Part shown: positions 34,601 to 43,460 of the stretch, one piece after another
How positions within the stretch are numbered: the stretch's first letter is position 1
Layout: every line of letters begins with the position of its first letter
Position numbers and translations under genes: made by a program
Source of the DNA: Epithemia pelagica
Taxonomy: Eukaryota > Protista > Bacillariophyta
Direction: 5' to 3'
Assembly (NCBI GenBank): GCA_946965045.2
Contig: OX337235.1
Span: 2,542,001-2,606,000, forward strand
DNA: 64,000 nucleotides
The notes under the pieces: model-generated
The model's database searches: none
What the model saw: the letters and a program-made list of their open reading frames with translations, nothing else
What the model was told of the DNA's origin: nothing

Positions 34601-36567
34601 GACATTCAGTCCCAGACCCAGAGCCTTCTTCGTTTGAGCGGCAAACTTCAGAGTTCGTCAGTGCCGTCCGAAGAATGATTTCGGATGCTTCATTGCTACG
34701 CAACGCAGAAATGAACGAAGAGTCACCAGACCACATGGAGGGTCAAACAAGAAGTCCAATTGGATCTGACGTTGACGCTGTTTCCACAAAGATGTCACCA
34801 CAAAACAACGCCACTGATGATAGTTCTGCAATATCTACTGCTTACGAAGACACCTCGATGGCGACTTCAGCAGCATCAGCCAGCTTGGTACATGCTCAAC
34901 ACGCACGGGTGGACCACAGAAAAGGTCACAAGGAAAGGGATTCCTGGGATGCGTGGTCATGTGCTGTTCTCAAAGGGTTTAAGTCGTTTGGAATCATAGG
35001 GGATGACCTGAATACAATGCTATGTCAAAGTCGTCGGAACAGTGATTACCGAGATCATAGTCGTCGGAACAGAGACCACCGAGATCATAACTGGCGGCAT
35101 CAGAATAGTATGGCGTTCGACTCACCGGGCTCTCCGGGCTCCCCGATTTCCAGAGTTTCCGAGTCATCAGACAGCCTCAGTTATAGAAGACAGGAGATGA
35201 AAATAATGCCGCTATCGGAATCTTCCACGGACTTGATGCCCATTATTGAGACTCGCCAGGAAAGTACGACCACAGACTCTGATGAGCCAAAACGATCAAG
35301 ACAATCTCCAATCGTCGCGCGCTTGAACAATCAAGTTGAAGCGCCCAACGCTCAGACCCATAGCACAAACCAAACGGGCGCTGAAGACAAAGAACAAAAA
35401 AAGCCATGGTTTCTAAGACGAAATCCTCGTGTCCGTTCACTGGACAGGAATTTGAAAGAAGAGGAACCCACTACAGACCGTGGATTCTTGAAGAATGTTC
35501 GTGCAAAGTTCAATCCAAACAAGACGGCATCGATCGCAGCGGATATTCCAATTAACAACCCCAAGGCAATCGAACAAGACAAAGGTTTTCCATCGAAGAA
35601 ACAAGTCGAAATGCAACAGAAAGAGAAAATACCTACTTCCAAGACTGGAGGCATTTTTCAAAGGTATAAGCTCAGGCGGATGATGAGAAACAAGAATGGA
35701 AAAGCTGAGAATGATTCAACTCCAACTGCCACACAAAATGTACAAAACAATGATCCTCTCCAGCAACCGGATGGTAAGGACGCGAATGTGCCTCATTCTC
35801 ATAATCGACCTACTCAGGAAGAGAGCAGGAACCCGACACCAGTCATCATGAATTCAAGACGAACCCAAGGTGTAATTGGACGAGTCGACAGTAACGATGG
35901 CGCCGCCGCTCGCGCAATGGTGGCTGGGGCGTATCTCAAGTCACCTGAAGAGCTTGCTCGTTCGGAAGAAGTATCCACCCACAACCAAAGTGAATCTAGT
36001 CAAACAATGCGCGTGGCGCATATTTCTCCTCGCAAGGGGTTTTTCCGTCTCCCAAACCATCTTTCACCTCTGGCAAACAATCTATCTCCGATGGATTCTC
36101 GGTGGTCCGGAATGTCTCCGACATCCCCTTTTACTGAGCAACCACCCTCGTGGTTGCCTCCGCCCAACGAAGTGAATGGGGTGAGTCCTCGCAAAGGTGA
36201 GCAACAACAAGAGCAACCACAACAGCGTTTCTTTATAGGCGAGAACAATCTCGCAATGGCACGTGCACACACCGCACCAAATGTGTCAGTGGTGATTGAG
36301 AATCGCTTCAAATGCCGCCGCACCGAGTTGGCCTCCACCTTTTCCGAGACGGATGGATCGTCCTTTCGGCCGTACCGGCGAGCCACCTCCAATGGAGGAG
36401 AAACATTCAACACGCTCACGACCGGGGAAGAAGTCTCCATTGTTTCTCTAGACGATGTTGACGGCAACAATTGTAGAGGTACAGGAGCAGTGCACGCAGT
36501 TGCAAAAGAATTCAAAGACGACCTGACTGGAATGTGTTGTACACATGTCAACAACCACCCGCACTAG
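31645..36567 (+). CDS. Large intrinsically disordered S/P-rich protein
   Basis: About 1640-aa ORF with a poly-Pro run at ~32387-32440, many SP motifs, and a 30-bp tandem duplication (SRRNSDYRDH/SRRNRDHRDH) at ~35029-35088. Confidence 0.7.
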   Translation: MRNFTPFRKKNAYKGIDADMLPLNGSRTKDDGTAASGGSGRLPNHGMESFFNIESTTPFGGAAAVAAGAPELVNASSSRNSMEDNVASSTLVGRNAPTTTATSRRRAPTPSRIFVHDIVVKPSLEGEEPTEQPPMYNESLYIPTDSPIVAQQSQPRKTLQQQVTHNSGGRESPNLNFSNNNTTGANALLESMSSFNENKNVTRRIFFAYTEEEDGESRNDRDQNRAENSPPLDPSQEPPITTTTTRASPPPPPPPPPPPPPPPPLPSRRAESPVGMEGKLLKKDKSSNKRNKKKLSVDIPKNDSREEHGRKDDDQPQAALDPSNNTHNKDICPPPMQKTKISLSAQEYLLSREEPYLTKLVENDDRDPDTRATDAAQPGFPGESQYNRHARLLTDMLDTDTECEEIVFSDSRRSDNSSCEDNVNHHKSLIKNKLPKLTVPLVPPTTSTTKKEKSRSDAMGKSSRSRNPLPTSISIVAKIQARPQSPQREERPVVEQPKTPKQQVSLEKKQSAVTNPAPQQHNSVRRGPSPTLTKSPLMEREYISTTNNTKKDPPAQNQTSMNNQPMAASENKKEPMLRDAQLVPKEKMVHSGQQNIDEDHRITVLDGPGSPVSSQSLDRILDESMSSEEEKTVPPAPLEVPTVQVESNPAESLLGPLDQPLSEEDEFLATTMRAKQEASRANVGILRKDVPVNGGRREISSSSPSSSLEEIFSEPEEDEVDDKKRDPPKENGSESKQQKLSIPSDPVTLSNLKKVFGSPLSPLSRFGSALSPLSRENIEIINGTRQESLPSGSLSLNLNQIIEYYAGAENHPQSPSSLGSESHDTKSPRSPVVHSPLAFMTRSSANSAKLKQRSPISPSFSPGQKDAYQNALRQQLEVAYTGHPGGPGRFMATTRRFSNSPSRSAKRRSRTMPTKPLSPLSAMVKHRSAELKLSPIAKLEKVGSPTNGGDYITGPISPISSLSPTASTHEYILASLRNVPRPVGKGHSVPDPEPSSFERQTSEFVSAVRRMISDASLLRNAEMNEESPDHMEGQTRSPIGSDVDAVSTKMSPQNNATDDSSAISTAYEDTSMATSAASASLVHAQHARVDHRKGHKERDSWDAWSCAVLKGFKSFGIIGDDLNTMLCQSRRNSDYRDHSRRNRDHRDHNWRHQNSMAFDSPGSPGSPISRVSESSDSLSYRRQEMKIMPLSESSTDLMPIIETRQESTTTDSDEPKRSRQSPIVARLNNQVEAPNAQTHSTNQTGAEDKEQKKPWFLRRNPRVRSLDRNLKEEEPTTDRGFLKNVRAKFNPNKTASIAADIPINNPKAIEQDKGFPSKKQVEMQQKEKIPTSKTGGIFQRYKLRRMMRNKNGKAENDSTPTATQNVQNNDPLQQPDGKDANVPHSHNRPTQEESRNPTPVIMNSRRTQGVIGRVDSNDGAAARAMVAGAYLKSPEELARSEEVSTHNQSESSQTMRVAHISPRKGFFRLPNHLSPLANNLSPMDSRWSGMSPTSPFTEQPPSWLPPPNEVNGVSPRKGEQQQEQPQQRFFIGENNLAMARAHTAPNVSVVIENRFKCRRTELASTFSETDGSSFRPYRRATSNGGETFNTLTTGEEVSIVSLDDVDGNNCRGTGAVHAVAKEFKDDLTGMCCTHVNNHPH

Positions 36568-37151
36568 TTCAGTACCACAAGCTTTGATTTACACGATAGT
36601 CACTCAAGTTCGTCGTGTACGGCGCTTGTGCTGCAGTGCCTAGAGAAAACTTGTCGAGACACATACGTGTTGCCATTCCATCGTATTGTGTTGCAGTCGC
36701 AATGTCAACGACTGCAGTCAGTAGGATGAGATGTAGAATTCAATTGCTGAATAATCTGAAAGTTAGATTACTTAAAGAAACTTTGTCACAGCTAGTAGAG
36801 ACTCATGGATTTACTCTATTCTGTTGGTCTTGTCCTTCCACAAGTAGTGGTGGGCGCCGCTACCTACCTAGATTGCAATGGGCCATACTAGATAATAGAC
36901 CCCCTTCTAAGGTTAGATGCTGTTCCGACTGGGAATGAAAAACACTACGACCCAAAGAAAAGACACCCAGTACATAGTAGCGGGTAAATCAAGTTGCATG
37001 ACTATTGATGACTAGATCGATACAATGTGTTACTCTGTGTGTGTGAATGTTTGTGTGTGTGTGTGCGTGAGTACTTGAAACTGTGTTTCCAATGGTATGC
37101 GTGTAATTGTGTGGAGCCCTAGTATGTGCGTGCTGCACTTTTTTGGTGGAA

Positions 37152-38906
37152 TTATCCCGCCATGCTGGATCGTACCGTCATGGTTCGATGACTGTCGGCT
37201 GTTCGGATCATGAGGGAGGTAATGGCCGATGCGGACATGGCACGCGTATCGACATCGTCAATCGCCGTAATCAATTCTCCTTCCGTGACAAGGCCCTTGA
37301 GGGGAGAGGTGTCATTAATCTTGTGGACGACGGGACCTTCCAAGGTGGTTTCAATGACAATACCCAATTTTCCCGGTGGTGCCACCACTTGACGCGCATG
37401 GCCATCGTCTTGTGGTGCTTGGGCCGGTGGAATGGTTTGTGCCTCTGGTTGATGTGATTGTTGCTCCGATTCAGCCATGGACACTCCCATGGAGAAATCA
37501 GGTTGCGTCGAGGCACCTTCATGATAGGACGAGGCTTCGTGATGTTGGACTTCTTCGTACACTTCTTCGTATTCCTCATCATCATCATGACCTTCTTCGG
37601 GAACGCCGCCTTCATCTTCAAAAATGGGTGTCACCTCATCGTCGGACATGTTGGATGCTTGACGTCCTCGGGCGGGAGCCATTTCGGGTGGGGCATCCTT
37701 GAATTCGGACGAATTGTCGACAATGGACAAGGTTCGACCATCCGAAGAGACAATGCGCGTCGAACTGGATCGAAGAGAGCCAAGATTGCGCGATCGGTAC
37801 CGACTGGAAACACCACTGGCCAAGGAGGCACTGTCATTGATGCTAAAGCTTCGGGATTGACGATCGACCAAGGAGGTGCGGTTGTTGTCGAGAGAATCCC
37901 CATAGGCACCGCCCTCTTCGTCGTCGTCGTCGCCCTGGTGCTTCTTCTTGTCATCATCGGGACTGAGAACGACGCAAATAATTCCCACAATCAAGACCAC
38001 GACAAAGCCACCGGCGGCGGCAATTCCGGCAATGGTACGTGAATTCAAGCCATCGTCATCGTCGCCTCCCGTATCGCCGGATTTGGGACTGGCATCCGGA
38101 TCTTCGGTGTACAAGGTTTTGGGTGTCGTGGTAATGTCTTGCATGGGTCCAAAGGTTTCCGTCGTCAGGACTGGATCAAAGTATACCTTGGTAACGAGCT
38201 TTTCAGGATCCTTGAGCAACACCAAGAATTCGGCCTCCTTGGTATCCACCACATCTTGCACGGCCGTGGCAAAATTGGCGGCGCCCAAGGTTTGTGTCAT
38301 GCGAGCCTTGATGGTCACACGTGTGACCAAGGGCACTTCATTGGGCGTCGCCAACAACCGCGCATTAATCTCGGCAGTAGTTGTCGTCGTCGAACGAAGG
38401 GAGGCTTCCTGTGACGATTGCGATGGCGATTCCTCGACATGCCTTCTTTCCTGTGGTTGCATTTGTTGCTGTTGTTGTTGCGCTCGTCGTTGTTGTCGTC
38501 GTTGTGAATTGTCATTCGACGGTTGTTGGGCCGCCGCTGCTGCTTCGGGGGTCCACAAGGTTTGTTCCGTCACAATGGCTTGCCACGTGTGCAACACACC
38601 CTGCCACCCCGTGACCTCTTGAAAATGACGAAGCATGAGGGTGGAAATGACCCGTTGGTAATCTTCCTTGAGATTGAAATCCATTTCACTAACCACATCC
38701 TTGAGTACAATGACTACTTCGCCCTCTTCTTCCATGGCCGTTGTGGGAGCCGATGTGGGAGGAGGTGTTTGGAACAAGAGATCGTTGGCCGAAACCACGG
38801 GCGACCAAGCAACCAACAAGGACGACAGTGTCAGGAGGAGCGTCCAAACAGAGGACGACTGCATGGTGCTACTGGAACGGGGAGTACTTCTCGAGAATCT
38901 CATCAA
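37152..38906 (-). CDS. Type I membrane protein with a C-terminal PDZ-like domain
   Basis: Signal peptide (WTLLLTLSSLLVAWSPVVSA), TM IAGIAAAGGFVVVLIVGIICVVL, and C-terminal APPGKLGIVI...PVVHKINDTSPLKGLVTEGELITAIDDVDTRAMSASAIT. Confidence 0.82.
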   Translation of the reverse strand: MMRFSRSTPRSSSTMQSSSVWTLLLTLSSLLVAWSPVVSANDLLFQTPPPTSAPTTAMEEEGEVVIVLKDVVSEMDFNLKEDYQRVISTLMLRHFQEVTGWQGVLHTWQAIVTEQTLWTPEAAAAAQQPSNDNSQRRQQRRAQQQQQQMQPQERRHVEESPSQSSQEASLRSTTTTTAEINARLLATPNEVPLVTRVTIKARMTQTLGAANFATAVQDVVDTKEAEFLVLLKDPEKLVTKVYFDPVLTTETFGPMQDITTTPKTLYTEDPDASPKSGDTGGDDDDGLNSRTIAGIAAAGGFVVVLIVGIICVVLSPDDDKKKHQGDDDDEEGGAYGDSLDNNRTSLVDRQSRSFSINDSASLASGVSSRYRSRNLGSLRSSSTRIVSSDGRTLSIVDNSSEFKDAPPEMAPARGRQASNMSDDEVTPIFEDEGGVPEEGHDDDEEYEEVYEEVQHHEASSYHEGASTQPDFSMGVSMAESEQQSHQPEAQTIPPAQAPQDDGHARQVVAPPGKLGIVIETTLEGPVVHKINDTSPLKGLVTEGELITAIDDVDTRAMSASAITSLMIRTADSHRTMTVRSSMAG

Positions 38907-39148
38907 AGGATGATGTCAAAGTGGGGAATATCAATACGCTTCAATATAGAAAAAGGGAAACACCCGACTGGTTGGTATTTCCGAGGACCGTGCGTAGATG
39001 ACTCAAAGCACAAAAGGTTCACAGATGCCACTATCGAGCAAATTGTTTCCGACAAGGATTTTGCGAAAACGGTTTCTTTGCCACTTTAACTGCCAAACAA
39101 GGAGATACCAACAAAAGAGAGGATGCAATAGATTGATTTGTTGTAGGT

Positions 39149-39187
39149 TGTTGTTCTTGTTGTTCTTGTTGTTCTTGTTGTTCTTGT
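39149..39187. repeat. 9-bp microsatellite (GTTGTTCTT)x4 upstream of the PDZ gene
   Basis: gttgttcttgttgttcttgttgttcttgttgttcttgt. Confidence 0.8.
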
Positions 39188-40999
39188 CCTTGTCCTTGTC
39201 CACAAGCAGCTTGGTGGCAAACAGTTACTGCGTCGAGTTGGTTGCGTTGTGCTCCACTTTTTGTTTCGTGCTTCGTCTTCCCCAGGAGGCTTTGTTTGGC
39301 AGACCCAAGAAATGATCGGTCATTGCTCCCGTACGCCCAACGAGATGGTCTACAATTTAGTCTATAGTAATACAGGTTACTTCATATCAAATGGATTCGG
39401 TCATGAGTCATGATCCCCCATTCTGTTTCCTTTGCTATAAAATGGTTGGGAACGACGGCCGTTGGGTCTGTTGAGGGGGATAGCGAAATTTTGGTTGGGA
39501 TCATTCGCAAGACACCCATCAAGACTGCGCAACGACAAATCTCGGTCGCCGGGGACCCATTGCGGCAAGCGAGCCGGGTAGGGGCCATAGCAAATAGAAC
39601 GTGGAACGAACAAACCCGACGGATGCCAAGACCAAAGTGCGGCAATCCAGTATCGCCAACTCCAACCACTCCTCGATAAATCTTTCACTTGAAGTCTTTC
39701 TCCAGATCGCCAGACGGTCGCTCACCCAGAAACAGCGACGGACTACGGACAGGCGAATGCATCCGTCTCACGACCCAACAGAGACATCATCCAGATAATA
39801 GCTTCCTTCCAAGAAGGTAGACTTAGAGTAAGAGTGCATCCAAATCCAAGTCCATCATGGGATTGCCTCTGCGTTCGTTCCACTGAACTTCTTCCAAACC
39901 GACAAATCTACTAACGATGGAGGATGCTCGTATGATTGGGAGTATTCCCGCATCCTACCGCTAGTCGGTGGAGACGGTGGCTCAAATACATCGATACAAG
40001 CGTATTCTCGATTGAGCATCAGTTTTCTAATTTTGAATCAGTTTTCATCGTCCGAATGGAGCGAAATTGCTAGGGGGAATTCGGAATCCTAGCCAACACC
40101 ATTCAAAACTACGAGAAATACTGGGAAAATGTCGAACGTGTGTGTTCTACCAACAGGCTGTTGTAGTGGTCGGGGACATGACCCTTGGCATCCAATACCC
40201 TATTTCTGTTTCGGCGGGTGGTTGTTCCTGTGCACCTCCCTCCAGGTTGGTTTGGATCGTTCTCTAATAGAAGAGGAGGAAGAGGTACTTTTGTCGTAGA
40301 ATCCGTTAACGACATGTGGCTGCGTTATGGGATTTCAATGTACGGGATTCCAACGGCGGTCCATACAATATAATGTACCAGGTTGCGGAATCTGAAGAGG
40401 CTGCCGTAGAGGAGATTCGAATAGCAAACCATCTTCATGGAAGTATCGTCGAGAAAGACAGACAAGATTGAGATCGTGTCGCCTCTGTTGTGTGTTGTGC
40501 ATGGCGGAGACTTCACGAGGGAGAGACGGAAGCAGGAAGCATGTGACATTCTAAATAATAATAGTACTGTAGGAACTTTCTCAACGGCCCAAAAGTCTTT
40601 CCACTCTCTTGGTCAGTGTAGCGGAAGGATGCAATACGAATTTTACACGTGCTGCAGGAAGGGGCCACAAGAATTACTAGCAAGTCGCAGGAGTTTGCTG
40701 GAATCAGTAGCACTGCCCCCATCACAAGTTAACGGTTAACGCATAGGTCGTCGAGGCGGGGGTGCTCCCAACCTATCAAATTTCTCACATTTTTGCGTTC
40801 CAAGGTTCCCTTGCCAAGAGTCCCCTAAGGCCTCGGGTGTGATTGTCGTGAATCTACACTCTAAAACACCACTCGACCCTTTGAAACGCGTCACCACCGC
40901 ACTCTTACCCTCAATCCATGTGAGGGCGTAGTATACCATAAGTCCTCGCAAAACCTGGAATCATTGGAACAGAGGCGAAACGTTCCTGGACACCCCAAC

Positions 41000-42400
41000 A
41001 TGACTGGCAATAACGAAGTTCGAGCATGGAGACGAATCCGGCTTCGATACTTGAGCGAGCTCCGCAGTTCCCGAGAGGAACGCTTGATGGGCCAATATCA
41101 TCATCAACAACACTATCAACTTCCGCAGCAGTATGAGCTTCATCAACAACAATATCAGCTTCATCAACAACACTACTATCAACAACAACAACAATCACAA
41201 CATGGCTGGTATCCTAGCACGGAACACCTCCATCAACAACATTCACAGTCTGCCAACTTTCCTCCTCACGAGTATTCGGAAGATTCATCACTCAAGAAAC
41301 TGAATGCACATGCAGGTCCACTAGATCGAAATACTCTTATGAATGCGTCCAGTTTCAGTGACGACAGTACAGCTACCACCGCCGTGTCTACCCTACGAGA
41401 GGATCGAAGTATGTACACAATGTCTACCATGATATTGGAGGATCTACCCTCTCCTCACCATGTAATTGAACTCATGGATCTGGATATGAACATAGGAGAC
41501 CAAGAAGAAGAAGAAGGTCGTCATTTTGAAGAAAGCATGGTGCCAAGTGAAAGTAAACCGGCAGAGCGAGAAGAGGGTTTGATTACAGTCATGGAAAGTA
41601 TACCCGAAGAACGACCTCTCACCCTTGGGCCAGCGGTCGTCCCCAACCAAATAGAGGAGGAAGACGAAGAAGACGAGCGTACGGGATCCACCGCGTCCTA
41701 TGCCCTTCCGGACGAATCCAGCTTGGTCAGCTTCACGCCCACTCTAAAATTAGGAGAAACCGAATCCATAAATTTGAACATGGACGACGTTTGTAACGAA
41801 CAATTTCTCCTGAATATGTGTCCCTATCCGCCACTGGTGGAGGCTGCTAAAAAGTTGCAGAGACCAGCAAACGATCCTCAAGACGACTCCCCCATGGAAT
41901 CCAAGACTCCTCCCGCGCCTTTACCTACCCCCGAGAGTCAAGAGCAGACTCCACCGATGGCACGACAAGTCACGTTCCTAGACGAATCACAACCCCCAAA
42001 CCCACCAGCATCTGCACCGACAATGAATCCGGATTGGATGGATTCATGGAACGAATTACAAAGGTTTCACGAGAAGCGACCGGAATGGTTGGCCTCATGG
42101 AGGGATTTCCGGCATATCACGGGAAGACCGGAATGGATGGCCTCGTGGAGGGACTTGTACAGCCTATATAAAATTAGTTTTCATAACATGGGAGCGGGAG
42201 AAATGTTTTTGGATGAATTTGACGATCAAAGCTCCATTGCCTCTCAAGCCAGAGATGGCTTTGACGAACATGACAAGACGCCTTGGCGACCAACCTCGGC
42301 GATTGGAGCTCAAGTGCACTTTTCGGCACCCTTGTCGCGGTTTCATTCACCCTCTGTGTTTCGAGAGACGGCATACATGGATCAAGCCCATTCGTACTAG
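41000..42400 (+). CDS. Q-rich/acidic protein with Trp-rich C-terminal repeats, unknown function
   Basis: ORF open from 40964 to 42400, first ATG at 41000. Q/H/Y repeat at 41095-41200 and 48-bp repeat at 42078/42126. Confidence 0.65.
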   Translation: MTGNNEVRAWRRIRLRYLSELRSSREERLMGQYHHQQHYQLPQQYELHQQQYQLHQQHYYQQQQQSQHGWYPSTEHLHQQHSQSANFPPHEYSEDSSLKKLNAHAGPLDRNTLMNASSFSDDSTATTAVSTLREDRSMYTMSTMILEDLPSPHHVIELMDLDMNIGDQEEEEGRHFEESMVPSESKPAEREEGLITVMESIPEERPLTLGPAVVPNQIEEEDEEDERTGSTASYALPDESSLVSFTPTLKLGETESINLNMDDVCNEQFLLNMCPYPPLVEAAKKLQRPANDPQDDSPMESKTPPAPLPTPESQEQTPPMARQVTFLDESQPPNPPASAPTMNPDWMDSWNELQRFHEKRPEWLASWRDFRHITGRPEWMASWRDLYSLYKISFHNMGAGEMFLDEFDDQSSIASQARDGFDEHDKTPWRPTSAIGAQVHFSAPLSRFHSPSVFRETAYMDQAHSY

Positions 42401-42670
42401 CAGTTTGGGTGGGGTTATTGGTATGACCTCATCCTATTACCTGGACCAAGATGTATATCTAGTACCAGCAATGGCACAGAATGATCCTCTCCCATATATT
42501 CATTAACAGGGTTCATATCTGGTGAACATTCGGGCATGCTGCCTGAGCTTCGACTCCTCTACATGCGCCTTTTCTCGTGGAAAAGAAGCTCATGAATGCT
42601 ACTGAATGGATGTGCTCATCACCAGAAGATTAGTACGAGAAAATATGTTTTTGTGCAACTAGACCTAGTG

Positions 42671-43133
42671 TCATATTTCTCTATACTTGTGTCTGGAAAG
42701 TGTAACTCGCCCTAGTTTGGACTCGTGTCTGGTTATTTCGAACAGGGTGTGATGAAGGCATAACGTGCGGATATCCTCTTGTCGTGAACAAGGCTCTCCC
42801 TTTTGTCCCGGCATAGTCCTTGGTGGAGTGCGCCATAACGAAACATGCCTCCTTCCCTGGTCTGCATGGAACTTATAGGGAAGGTTCCAAACTGTCCAAA
42901 GAGTGTTCTTTCCACATGGTGACGGTTGTTCTGAACCTCCGGTTGCCGTGCCACACCGTGTCGACGGTGCGCAAGAACACATCGTCAATATGTGGAATTA
43001 CCATTTTCGGGTGCTCCATGAGCTTACGGATCTTGGCGTTTGCGCACTTGGTCACGGACATGGGTTTGCTCGGAAGAAGTCTCCAATTTCCATCGTTTCG
43101 GAAGTGTGTTGCGAGGAACATGCGTGTACGCAA
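42671..43133 (-). pseudogene. Probable degenerate DUF6824-like gene
   Basis: IPHIDDVFL...HGNRRFRTTV in one frame and ISSMQTREGGMFRY in a shifted frame. No clean splice model was found. Confidence 0.4.
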
Positions 43134-43460
43134 TAATGACTTCTGTGTTACTCAAGTCTCATCCAACTAACCGTGACTGACTCTGGGGAGTGTTGACCGG
43201 CGCACCCCAACGGACCGAGGTGAGTCTTTTGGTCTTGGTCATGGCTATGTCGTGCGAGAGATGCGGGGCAAACTCCACTCACAAAGTTTGGCAGCACCAC
43301 ATTTACCGGTCGTCTCTGCGTTGAAGACACATACCAAGAGGAAGCGGTTCGTGCTCCTCAACAACCATCTTCATTGACTACTTTTTGTGCTGCTCCAAGA
43401 GCTCATCTTTCGGTTATAGTTGTTGTCTCTGAGGAAGAACGGCGTTTGTTTTGCTCGACC

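Noticed and set aside
39330-40960. Short overlapping ORFs (60-100 aa) in the 2-kb divergent spacer
   Set aside because: No motif, splice model or compositional support for any frame.
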